Of a stretch of DNA of 32,000 nucleotides, positions 15,906-24,888 are shown piece after piece. The notes under the pieces were generated by a model. It was not told where the DNA came from and ran no database searches. It was given only the letters and a program-made list of their open reading frames with translations. Made by a program: the position numbers and the translations under genes. The DNA is from Candidatus Thorarchaeota archaeon. GTDB lineage: Archaea; Asgardarchaeota; Thorarchaeia; Thorarchaeales; Thorarchaeaceae. Every line of letters begins with the position of its first letter. Position 1 is the first letter of the stretch. The stretch is from positions 30,001 to 62,000 of the forward strand of contig SHMX01000008.1 of assembly GCA_008080745.1 (NCBI GenBank), in the 5' to 3' direction.

Positions 15906-17894
15906 TTAGAACAATAGTGGAAGTTTTATCCTAAATACTGCTCCTTCACTTGAATCATTGAGATGAATTTTCCCACCACATGCCCAAATTATTTGTCGGG
16001 TTAAGTAGAGACCGAGACCTCCTCCACTAGTAGATGTTCCTCTACTAAACAAACGGGGACGTATCTCCTCTGGAATTCCTGGTCCATTATCACTTATTGT
16101 TATGATTACATAATCCCCTTCTCGGGACACACCAATTGTCACTTCAGGTTTTTCACCACAATACTGCGCACTATTTCTTAGAATATTTTCAAAAGCCATT
16201 GGGAGTAATGATCCTCCGGCCACTCGAAGATGTTCATTCTTCTCCTTTACTTCTATTTTGACTTTCAAACCACGATGTGCCTTTTCCGCCTGTGATGTTA
16301 CACCTTGAATAAGTTTGATAATATTCGATTGAACCTCCTTATCCATTCTATCAAATGATTTCACGAGTTGAGTCATTCTTTCAGCAGCGGCTAGCGCTGA
16401 TTCTATCATTTCATTAGCTGTTCCAGAAATATCAGATGAAAACATTTGGATAGCTTCAATATAGCCTAATACTACTTGTAAATCGTTGCCGACGTCGTGA
16501 CGAAGAAGACTTGCATACAATTCTGATTCTCTTCTTCTCTGTTCAGCTAAATCCTCCATGCGCTTCCTTTCAGTGACATCGATACAAACAGCAATGGTAC
16601 CATTTACTTTACCGTCAGCATCCTTAGCAGGGACAGCAGATATCCTGAAAATCCGAATTTCTTCATCTTTTCGAATCATCTCCATTTCATAAGTGGAGAT
16701 TTTTTTCTTCCTTCGTCTTAGGGTTTCAGTAATCAGTAATGGTAACTCTTTGGAAGGTACAAGGTCAGTAATTTTTTTCTTTACTAATTCCTCTGGGTCA
16801 TATTGTAACATCTTACAAATCGTTCTATTTGCAAAGATAATCGATTCATCCAATCCCACCACCATTAACCCTTCTGGTATGGTTTCAAGAAGGAATCTAT
16901 ATTCCTTTTCTCTTCTTTGAATTCTCTCTTCTGTGAGTTTTTTGGATGTGACATCAATGAAGGTTGCTTGAATTGCGGTTTCTCCTTCATATTCGATTCT
17001 TCTAGCAAACATCTCAAGATATCTATAAGTTCCGTCTTTGTGCAAAGCTCTTACCAAATAGTAGGGTGAAACATTTTCTCCTTGTAGACTCCTTCGAAAT
17101 CTCCCAAAGAAATCTTCTCTTTGTTCAGGGTCTACAAGTCCAATGATTTCTTCTGGAGAAAGCCCAAGTAACTCTTCGTTTGAAAAACCAAGTGATTTTG
17201 ATATTGATGGATTGGCAAAGATGAAAGCTGGTTCAGGGCCCTTTATTACCACTATCCCTTGTGATGATTGAAGTACCAGATTTCGATATCGTTCTTCAGA
17301 TTTCTTTAGAGCTATTTCACTCAGTTTTCTTTCGAAGGCCTCCATAAATGGAACAGTCAAGTTTTGAATATCTTCAACATCATGACCATCAAACTCTCTC
17401 TTATCATCAGCAAATGCAAAGAAACCGAAGAGTTTTCCTGAGCGCTTCAACGGTATTCCAATAAAATGCGTGAGAATCAGTGGTGCGGCTGAGGATATCT
17501 TCTTTGGAGTTATTTCAGCTAATTTATCATAAATGATTGAAACACTTTCATTACGAACTGGTTTAATGGGTGTGGTGACTTGGTAGATCATTGGCTGGGA
17601 GGTTTTTTCTAGAAATGAATCTGGGAATTTTTGTGATGATTGGGCCAAAATACGGATTTTTTTCTTCTCTTGAAACTGTGCTAATATGCCATGTTCACAT
17701 TCTAATACGTTTATAATTACCGAGAGACCTAGTGATGCTACTTCGTCTAGGCTTTCACAATTGTTGGTTTCAATCAGAATATGATTTATCGCATCCAGAA
17801 GCTCATTTCTTCGCTGAAGCTGGCTGGTAGTGTCAGAGGGAAAATTCTTTTGATGATTTTCCTTTGTATCATTATTTCTAGTAGGATCTGACAT
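15906..17894 (-). CDS. Soluble sensor histidine kinase: GAF, PAS, PAS, HisKA-like, HATPase
   Basis: H-box LRHDVGN, N-box ENILRNS, G1 DNGPGI, G2 STSGGGLGL. PAS motifs FANPS and FANRT with PAC endings DVT. No TM segment. Confidence 0.92.
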   Translation of the reverse strand: MSDPTRNNDTKENHQKNFPSDTTSQLQRRNELLDAINHILIETNNCESLDEVASLGLSVIINVLECEHGILAQFQEKKKIRILAQSSQKFPDSFLEKTSQPMIYQVTTPIKPVRNESVSIIYDKLAEITPKKISSAAPLILTHFIGIPLKRSGKLFGFFAFADDKREFDGHDVEDIQNLTVPFMEAFERKLSEIALKKSEERYRNLVLQSSQGIVVIKGPEPAFIFANPSISKSLGFSNEELLGLSPEEIIGLVDPEQREDFFGRFRRSLQGENVSPYYLVRALHKDGTYRYLEMFARRIEYEGETAIQATFIDVTSKKLTEERIQRREKEYRFLLETIPEGLMVVGLDESIIFANRTICKMLQYDPEELVKKKITDLVPSKELPLLITETLRRRKKKISTYEMEMIRKDEEIRIFRISAVPAKDADGKVNGTIAVCIDVTERKRMEDLAEQRRRESELYASLLRHDVGNDLQVVLGYIEAIQMFSSDISGTANEMIESALAAAERMTQLVKSFDRMDKEVQSNIIKLIQGVTSQAEKAHRGLKVKIEVKEKNEHLRVAGGSLLPMAFENILRNSAQYCGEKPEVTIGVSREGDYVIITISDNGPGIPEEIRPRLFSRGTSTSGGGLGLYLTRQIIWACGGKIHLNDSSEGAVFRIKLPLLF

Positions 17895-17941
17895 ATGCTA
17901 GGTCCCCAGCTGATAGCGTGATTATTTCCAATTAGTTTCGT

Positions 17942-17970
17942 AATAGTACAAGTGTCCCAGCTGTACTATT
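17942..17970. repeat. Perfect 9-bp inverted repeat between kinase genes
   Basis: AATAGTACA-N11-TGTACTATT, about 50 bp upstream of the 17894 start. Confidence 0.5.
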
Positions 17971-18014
17971 CCTTTCCTTACAAAACTCGCTTTTCAATGA
18001 TTACCCGATGAATA

Positions 18015-19856
18015 TCAAACAGATATAGGTATCATAATTCTAAATGTCGCACCAAGACCTTCTTGTGGTGGGAGCAATTCAATAGTTCCACCTAATGCAT
18101 GGATAATATTTCGGGATAAAAAGAGACCGAGACCTCCTCCACTGGTGGATGCACCTCTCTGAAAAAGTCTATCTTTAATCTCTCGGGGAACTCCTGGACC
18201 ATTATCACTGACAATTATGCAGACATAGTCCCCCTTCTTATTTACTGTAACTGTGACGATAGGCTCATCTCCAGCATGGGCAACAGCATTTCGATAGAGA
18301 TTTTCAAATACCGCTGGGAGCAATCTGCTTCCTGGAACCATTAGACCTTTCACTTGATCGTCAATGTGTACATTAATCTTCAAATCTACTTCTGCTTCTT
18401 CCGCTTTAGCTGAAACCTCTCTAACCAGTTTCGCAATGTTCCTTTCAATCGAATCTCTTTTTCTACTAAATGCCTTGAGAAGATCTGACATTCTCTCACA
18501 TACAGCTCGAGCGGAGCTTAGCATCTCGTTTAGCTCGCTTGTATCCCCAACTGTAATCATCTCTATCATATCTATGTAACCTTGGATTAACTGCAAATCG
18601 TTACCAACATCATGTCTAAGAAGACTGGAGTATATTTCCAGTTCTTTCCGAGTCTGTTCTTTCATCTCTTGATTTTTCTTTCGTTCAATGTATAATCCCA
18701 AATCAAGAGCAACTGCGTCTAACAGATCCTTTTCTTGATCGAGGAAGGGGTCTGACTCGCTTTTTGGCAATCTTAATTCCCTAGGGTATATCACTTCGAT
18801 TTTCCCGTGTTCTTCATTAAATATCTCAATGTTTTTAGAGAGAAAATATTCTTCTGATCCTAATGATTGGATTTCTACATGGTATCCTTCAATAATGATT
18901 CGCACATTTGCAAGGTGAGGATATTGAAGTGCCCCCTGAACCAGATTTACAACTTGAAACAGGACATCTTCTAGTGGTTTATCAGTATCAGATAATTCGT
19001 TCGTAACAGACCTGAGGCAGACAATTTCTCTTGTAGTTCTCTCGAGTTCTTCTTTATCTCTTTTCCGGCCGAGATATCCACCAAGTGCTCTAGCTAGTGA
19101 ATCTAACAGGTCTCTCTCTTGCTTTCTAAAGGGACCTTCGAACTCTTCAGGAAATTCTTCAAGTAAACATACTCGAATCTCTCCCACTTTTTGATTCATG
19201 ATGTATACATCTGCTATCTGACACCATTCTGTTTCTTCGAAGTTTTCAGTCTGAGCAGTAACACCTTCACAGGTAACTTTTGACGCAGTACTGTCTGGAT
19301 ATTGGTATGCTGATGGAATGAGATGCGCAAGTGAATACAAAACTTCTTCTACCATTCTATTGGCGTCTGTAAGTAATTTCGAGCTCGAATATAGACATAC
19401 CAATTCTCTGATACTTTGTCGAAGATTACTGGTAGTTCGCTCAAGAATTTCCAAATACTGCTCTCTTTCAGTTATATCAATGACTATTGCAATCGCATGG
19501 GTATCCGAGTCATCTGTGACTCTTGGGATTGAACTAACCCGTACCCATTTCTTCTCTTGGTTCTTGGTTCTGATACTTAATTCGATGCAGGATGAGGTAC
19601 CCACAAAAAGTCCTTGTATTTTTTCTTGAACTAATTGTTGATCGTCCTCATCAATAATATCATGTAGTGATTTTCGTACAAGAGAAGGAATTGGTTCTCC
19701 AAGAATTGTAGCAAATGATTTGTTTGCATAGAGAATCTTAGCGTCTTCATCAATTATTACAACCGCCTCTGGAAGCATATCAAGTGCGTTCTGGAGATTG
19801 TTTTCACTTTTCTCTACTTGCGGATTATCCATTGAGGTCGGTTTTTCTCCTTCCAA
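18015..19856 (-). CDS. Soluble sensor histidine kinase: PAS, two GAF-like repeats, HisKA-like, HATPase
   Basis: LRHDVGN, ENLYRNA, DNGPGV, STSGGGLGL. N-terminal PAS (YANKS). Two ~125-aa repeats ending PF-x-x-Q-E-[RK]-DLLD. Confidence 0.92.
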   Translation of the reverse strand: MEGEKPTSMDNPQVEKSENNLQNALDMLPEAVVIIDEDAKILYANKSFATILGEPIPSLVRKSLHDIIDEDDQQLVQEKIQGLFVGTSSCIELSIRTKNQEKKWVRVSSIPRVTDDSDTHAIAIVIDITEREQYLEILERTTSNLRQSIRELVCLYSSSKLLTDANRMVEEVLYSLAHLIPSAYQYPDSTASKVTCEGVTAQTENFEETEWCQIADVYIMNQKVGEIRVCLLEEFPEEFEGPFRKQERDLLDSLARALGGYLGRKRDKEELERTTREIVCLRSVTNELSDTDKPLEDVLFQVVNLVQGALQYPHLANVRIIIEGYHVEIQSLGSEEYFLSKNIEIFNEEHGKIEVIYPRELRLPKSESDPFLDQEKDLLDAVALDLGLYIERKKNQEMKEQTRKELEIYSSLLRHDVGNDLQLIQGYIDMIEMITVGDTSELNEMLSSARAVCERMSDLLKAFSRKRDSIERNIAKLVREVSAKAEEAEVDLKINVHIDDQVKGLMVPGSRLLPAVFENLYRNAVAHAGDEPIVTVTVNKKGDYVCIIVSDNGPGVPREIKDRLFQRGASTSGGGLGLFLSRNIIHALGGTIELLPPQEGLGATFRIMIPISV

Positions 19857-19954
19857 GTTTCAATCCCCTTAGTAGATTAATTATTTCTATTTCTCGTTTG
19901 GTCACTAAGAGTCTACGGGATTTAAAGCAGATAAACCAATCCGCTACGGGCATT

Positions 19955-21379
19955 TCAAATGGGTAAAATAATTTTGAACACAGCACCTTCTGACTTCTGA
20001 AGCTCAATAGTTCCATTGAGACTTTCGATAATTTGTTTTGTGAGGTAGAGGCCTAGACCACCACCTCTGGTAGATACACCCTTATTGAACAGCTTCTTTC
20101 TGATACTTGGATCTACCCCGGGACCGTCATCAGAAACAATGATTTGAAGAGTTTTATCCACTTTTGTACAATGTACTTTCACTGTAGGGGTTTCTCCCGC
20201 ATGCATAGCTGCATTTCTGAACAGATTGACAAAAGCCACTGGTAATAATCTGGATGATGGAGCTTTGATTCCTCTCACCGCTTCATCACAGATCACTTCA
20301 ATTTTGAGGTTGGCATTTGCTTTCTCAGATTGTTCTGCGATAGATTCGAGAAGTAGACATATTTTCTCATCATACATGTCTTTCATTGGTGTAAATGTCT
20401 GAAGCAAGTTAGCCATCTGTTTTCCTATTGCTAGAGATTGAAGAAGTCTTTCTTGTGATATATTGTCTTCTTCAGGCAGTGAGTCTAGAGTTAGTTCTAC
20501 ATAACCCAATACTATCTGTAAATCCGAAGTGAGATCATGGCGCATTATAGATGTGTATAGTTCCAGCTCTCTTTCATATTGTTTTTGAACATCTTCATGA
20601 TGTTTTCTTTCAGATATATCCCGTAAAAACGACATGAATAATACTTGTTCTGGAGTGTGAAGATGACCAAGAGATATCTCTACAGGTATCCTCTTTCCTT
20701 CTTTAGTAAAGATAGTTCTCTCAAAAACATCTGATTCAAAGCCCTCTTTTTGCTGATAAACAGGATGTCTAGGATGGGTTCGTTCTTCTGGAGCAACTAG
20801 GTTCCTACTGTTCATACCAAGAAGCTCATTCCGGGAATAACCAAATAAGTCACAAGCTGCTTGATTTGCTTGAATGATGATTTCATCTGAGGTTTCAATA
20901 GTTATTGCTTCTTGTGCTCCCTCAAAAAGGAGTTTGTATCTCTTTTGACTGACTTCAAGAGCTTTTTTAGCGGTTTTTTCATCCGTGATATCATCTACAA
21001 TACCTACAGTTCCAGTAATCTCGCCTTCGGAATTCCTCCAGGGTGCTGCGGATACTCTCAGAATTCTGCATTCTCCATTCTTACGGGTCATAGACAATTC
21101 ATATACTGACGGATTGCCCTCTATCCTCTGACTGGTTTGACTCTCAATCTCTTGAGTATATTCTGTGTCGATAAAATCAAAAATACTGTTACCAATCAAT
21201 TCCTCTATTTCATACCCCATCACATTTGCCATATGCTCGTTAACAAAAATAAACTCCTCTTGGAGATTGACAATTGCTATACCTCGTGGTAGAGATGTTA
21301 CTGCCTGCCATACTGACTTAAGGTCGGCATTCAAGAGTTTTCTTAACTCGTCAACTGATATTTCCGGTTTATGTTTCAT
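19955..21379 (-). CDS. Soluble sensor histidine kinase: PAS, PAS, HisKA-like, HATPase
   Basis: MRHDLTS, VNLFRNA, DDGPGV, STRGGGLGL. Two PAS/PAC domains. Start MKHKPE is inferred. Confidence 0.92.
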   Translation of the reverse strand: MKHKPEISVDELRKLLNADLKSVWQAVTSLPRGIAIVNLQEEFIFVNEHMANVMGYEIEELIGNSIFDFIDTEYTQEIESQTSQRIEGNPSVYELSMTRKNGECRILRVSAAPWRNSEGEITGTVGIVDDITDEKTAKKALEVSQKRYKLLFEGAQEAITIETSDEIIIQANQAACDLFGYSRNELLGMNSRNLVAPEERTHPRHPVYQQKEGFESDVFERTIFTKEGKRIPVEISLGHLHTPEQVLFMSFLRDISERKHHEDVQKQYERELELYTSIMRHDLTSDLQIVLGYVELTLDSLPEEDNISQERLLQSLAIGKQMANLLQTFTPMKDMYDEKICLLLESIAEQSEKANANLKIEVICDEAVRGIKAPSSRLLPVAFVNLFRNAAMHAGETPTVKVHCTKVDKTLQIIVSDDGPGVDPSIRKKLFNKGVSTRGGGLGLYLTKQIIESLNGTIELQKSEGAVFKIILPI

Positions 21380-21585
21380 ACTGGCCAATCTCCAGATATA
21401 GGAGCATAGCCTTCCCACCACATGATTGAACTCCCTTGTCTATGTTTCTTAGATTATTAGTTATCAATGTTGTCGAAGTTTTTCGTTGTGGGCTGGTATC
21501 ATTTCACCTTATTTCCTATATCAAGGTGTTTGTGTTCAATATTGTGCTCTTTCCCTACTCCTTTTATTTAGGTTATTTGAAAGAA

Positions 21586-22938
21586 ATGCCCATGAGAACT
21601 CTCAAAAAAATGGGTTATAGTGTTGGTAGTATTACTGCTACTCTTCCACAATATATGATTCAGACGTACATCTTCATCCATTACTTAACTCGTCTTCATA
21701 TGAATGAGTTCTGGCTTGCTGGCGCTTTATCCATTTGGGCCGTATGGAATGCTGTAAATGATCCCATTTTCGGATATCTATCTGACAAAACTAGAACACG
21801 GTTTGGTAAAAGAGTACCTTGGATTGCTATATTCGCAGTACCTTTAGCTTTGACCACTTATCTTGTATTTGCTCCTCCAGGTGATGCTTTTTCGTTGGGC
21901 AATCTTTCTCTCTTTGTCTGGTTGACAGTCACAATTATTCTCTACGACACTTGTTATACTATTGTAGTTCTTAATTGGACATCTCTATTTCCGGAGATGT
22001 TCACAAGCAATGAAGAGAGGTCTCAAGTTTCAGTTATTCGTCAGATCTTCTCTATCTTTGGTCTCATCGCAGGAACAGTAATCCCTGCAATTCTTGCTTC
22101 TACTATTGGATGGGGTACAGTAGCATTGGCTATTGGTCTTGTAGCAGCAATCTTTGCATTCCTCTCTCTTTCTGGTGTTGAAGAACGGGAAGAGTTCGCA
22201 AAAGAAGAACCACTACCAGTTATTCAATCAATGAAGCACACTTTTTCGAATAGATCGTTTCTAATATTTGTGCTATACAATTTCTTTGTGCAGTATGTTA
22301 TTGCAGTTGTAATGGGTGCTTTACCCTTCTTTGCTAAGTATGTTCTCTATGTTGACCTCTCATTGATATTTCTGACAGCATTCATCTCTGCAATTCTTTT
22401 CTTTGCCATCTGGAACAAAATGATTGTGGAAAAAGGACCTCGAACAACAGCCATTCTAACCATGTTCTGGGTCGGGGTTTCGCTAATAGGTATCATCTAT
22501 GTTAACGACCTCGTAACAGCACTGATTGTGATTGCCATAGCAGGAATGGGTGTTGGAGGATTTATGATCTTACCAGACATTCTCATCTCGTTTGCAATAG
22601 ACCATGATGAAATACAGACAGGTGTTAGACGTGAGGGGGCATATTTTGGTTTCAATGCTTTTGTCATGAGGTTCGCAATTGTGGCCCAGGCATGGACCTA
22701 CTCGCTTTTACTGTATGCATCAGGTTTTGATGAAACTCTACCTGTTCAGCCTGATAGTGCTATCTTTGCCCTGAGAATGCTTCTCTCTGTTATTCCCCTA
22801 ATTGCTGCTATAGTCGGTGCAATAATTATCTCTCAGTATCCATATCATGGAGAGAATCTCGAACGAATCCAACGAGAAATTGCACTTCTTCATATTGAGA
22901 AAAAGGGAAAACTTGAAGGCGACAAAACGACTTCGTAG
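21586..22938 (+). CDS. MFS transporter, glycoside-pentoside-hexuronide (MelB-like) family
   Basis: WNAVNDPIFGYLSDKTRTRFGKRVPW and IDHDEIQTGVRREGAYFG motifs. Start moved to MPMRTL because the earlier track residues span a divergent intergenic region. Confidence 0.9.
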   Translation: MPMRTLKKMGYSVGSITATLPQYMIQTYIFIHYLTRLHMNEFWLAGALSIWAVWNAVNDPIFGYLSDKTRTRFGKRVPWIAIFAVPLALTTYLVFAPPGDAFSLGNLSLFVWLTVTIILYDTCYTIVVLNWTSLFPEMFTSNEERSQVSVIRQIFSIFGLIAGTVIPAILASTIGWGTVALAIGLVAAIFAFLSLSGVEEREEFAKEEPLPVIQSMKHTFSNRSFLIFVLYNFFVQYVIAVVMGALPFFAKYVLYVDLSLIFLTAFISAILFFAIWNKMIVEKGPRTTAILTMFWVGVSLIGIIYVNDLVTALIVIAIAGMGVGGFMILPDILISFAIDHDEIQTGVRREGAYFGFNAFVMRFAIVAQAWTYSLLLYASGFDETLPVQPDSAIFALRMLLSVIPLIAAIVGAIIISQYPYHGENLERIQREIALLHIEKKGKLEGDKTTS

Positions 22939-22951
22939 TGGTTGTGATGCT

Positions 22952-23674
22952 GTGAAATCAACCCGGACAACAAAGATACGTAAATACTCAGACGAATCAG
23001 TTCATGAAGAACGTGACATAATCGTTAACGAACAAATTGTGGAAATTCGTACTTCTGAAAGGCAGCTGGGAGTATTAAGAACTAGTCCTGGTCTTGAAGA
23101 ATATCTTGCACTTGGATTTATTCTATCTATGGGTCATTGGCCCTTATCCAATCATTATCCCGAAGTTATTCGTCAAGACGATTATGTTCTAGTAATTCTA
23201 GATGAGGCCAGTATAGAAGATCATATTCGGGATATTGACGATATCTTTCCCCTTGAAAGTGACCTTATTCTAACAATAGATGACATTCAGGAACAACTAG
23301 ACTACATTCTTGAAAAACAGACAATCTATCAGAAGACTAGTGGTACATTCTCAGCACTATTGGTTGACACCATTGAGTACAAGAAATACTTCGCGGAAGA
23401 CATCAATCAATATGCAGCCATTGACAAGGTGATTGGAATGGGTCTTGCAAACGGGATACAATTTCCTGCAAGTTATCTTCTTATTACAGGTCCTATGCCA
23501 CGTGATATCGTAGAGCGTTGTATATGGGTTGAAATTCCATTGTTAGGGTCAAGTTCTGTTGCGAGTGACAAAGGCATTCAGGCTGCTGAAACCTTCAATA
23601 TCACTCTTCTTGGTTCAATTCAATCTGGTTCATTTTCAATGTATAATCAGGGAGCAGTGCGAATAGGGGAATAA
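22952..23674 (+). CDS. fdhD: FdhD/FdsC family protein, divergent, lacking the catalytic Cys motif
   Basis: TSPGLEEYLALGFILSMG, AEDINQYAAIDKVIG and AAETFNITLLG align to FdhD blocks. GTG start inferred 13 nt after the upstream stop. Confidence 0.75.
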   Translation: MKSTRTTKIRKYSDESVHEERDIIVNEQIVEIRTSERQLGVLRTSPGLEEYLALGFILSMGHWPLSNHYPEVIRQDDYVLVILDEASIEDHIRDIDDIFPLESDLILTIDDIQEQLDYILEKQTIYQKTSGTFSALLVDTIEYKKYFAEDINQYAAIDKVIGMGLANGIQFPASYLLITGPMPRDIVERCIWVEIPLLGSSSVASDKGIQAAETFNITLLGSIQSGSFSMYNQGAVRIGE

Positions 23675-23688
23675 ATCTCTAAGAGAGC

Positions 23689-24876
23689 TTATTCTCCCTC
23701 AGTTTCTTCATTAGGATATTTCTCGTCAACAAAATCTGGTTCCCCTCCCTCAGGGAGAACACCTTTACCAACTAAAGCTGAATGGAGTACAGGTGATGTG
23801 AGAAATATTTTTGGAATTATCATTTTCTTTGCATCAAAGTCTAGCGCAACTCTGATTTTGAAGAGACTATTCTTTTGTCTATCAAAGAGGTATTTTGCAT
23901 CAGCAAGTAAGACCACTTGAGAGTTCGAGTAACTCTCATTTTCCAGACTCACAAGTCTTGTTCCAATTTCTGGTCCCAATAACCAGAGCTTCCAGCTCCT
24001 CCGTCCTCGCTTGAAAAGGAGAAGTAAATCCTTCACAATTTTAGCTGATACCATTTCTTTTGCTGTGTCTGGAAAGTCAAGGCCCTGTGGAAGAGTCGAT
24101 CTTTCTATATATGGGCGAAGGACTGCTATTGGATTTTCCTCATTTTCTTCATCACCATAGATTACATCAACAAAAGGATCCCACGTAAGTTTCAATCCTG
24201 CATCAGTTTCATACCATAATCCTGTTTTCCGTGGATATCTGATGAGATTTCGAACATTTCTAGTGTTAGTTTCTCTCATCTCGAATAGTATTTCATCATC
24301 ATCAGGTCTATGAAAACGAGCTATGTATTCGTAATCTCCTGCAGATAATGATATCTTGGTATGAATGTAACCTTCTTCTTTTGAAGCGATGTCCTCCAGT
24401 ATTCGAGTCACAGTAGTTTCGATGTCTTTGGAACTTGGTATGTCCTTCATGCTGATTTTAGATTGTGCTGAATCACTCCAAATTTTAACCCATAAGATTG
24501 GGTATGTTTTTGTTCCATTGGAGAAACCATACTCGATTTTTCCCCATGGTGTCCATATACCGTCATTCTCATCTGGAGCTTGTAACCAGATGTATTCCTT
24601 CTCATCATAATTTGCAAGCATTAGATTGATTCTATCTTCTCCCAGCATTTCAGATGCCATTTCACTCAAGACATCATATCTGATAGAACCCCAAAACCAT
24701 CCGAATCGAAGATCTTTCCAACCCGTTAGACGAAAAAGTCCTGCGTGACAGTGACCTTTTTCATTAGTCTGGATCACCAACCAGTTTTCGGAATCCCCAG
24801 TTTCTTCGTCAATGGAGGTAACTAGTTGTCCATATCGAATATTTGATAGCTTCTTAGGCTTCTTGGTTTCTCCCAT
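23689..24876 (-). CDS. Hypothetical soluble protein (395 aa)
   Basis: Long ORF filling the gap, 12 nt downstream of the beta-helix protein gene. No motif recognised. Confidence 0.75.
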   Translation of the reverse strand: MGETKKPKKLSNIRYGQLVTSIDEETGDSENWLVIQTNEKGHCHAGLFRLTGWKDLRFGWFWGSIRYDVLSEMASEMLGEDRINLMLANYDEKEYIWLQAPDENDGIWTPWGKIEYGFSNGTKTYPILWVKIWSDSAQSKISMKDIPSSKDIETTVTRILEDIASKEEGYIHTKISLSAGDYEYIARFHRPDDDEILFEMRETNTRNVRNLIRYPRKTGLWYETDAGLKLTWDPFVDVIYGDEENEENPIAVLRPYIERSTLPQGLDFPDTAKEMVSAKIVKDLLLLFKRGRRSWKLWLLGPEIGTRLVSLENESYSNSQVVLLADAKYLFDRQKNSLFKIRVALDFDAKKMIIPKIFLTSPVLHSALVGKGVLPEGGEPDFVDEKYPNEETEGE

Positions 24877-24888
24877 TGAAATACACCA

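Noticed and set aside
22847-22951. Longer FdhD start providing a GCD cysteine
   Set aside because: It overlaps the MFS gene by 92 nt and the Cys would lie far N-terminal of the catalytic loop position. GTG at 22952 is more plausible.
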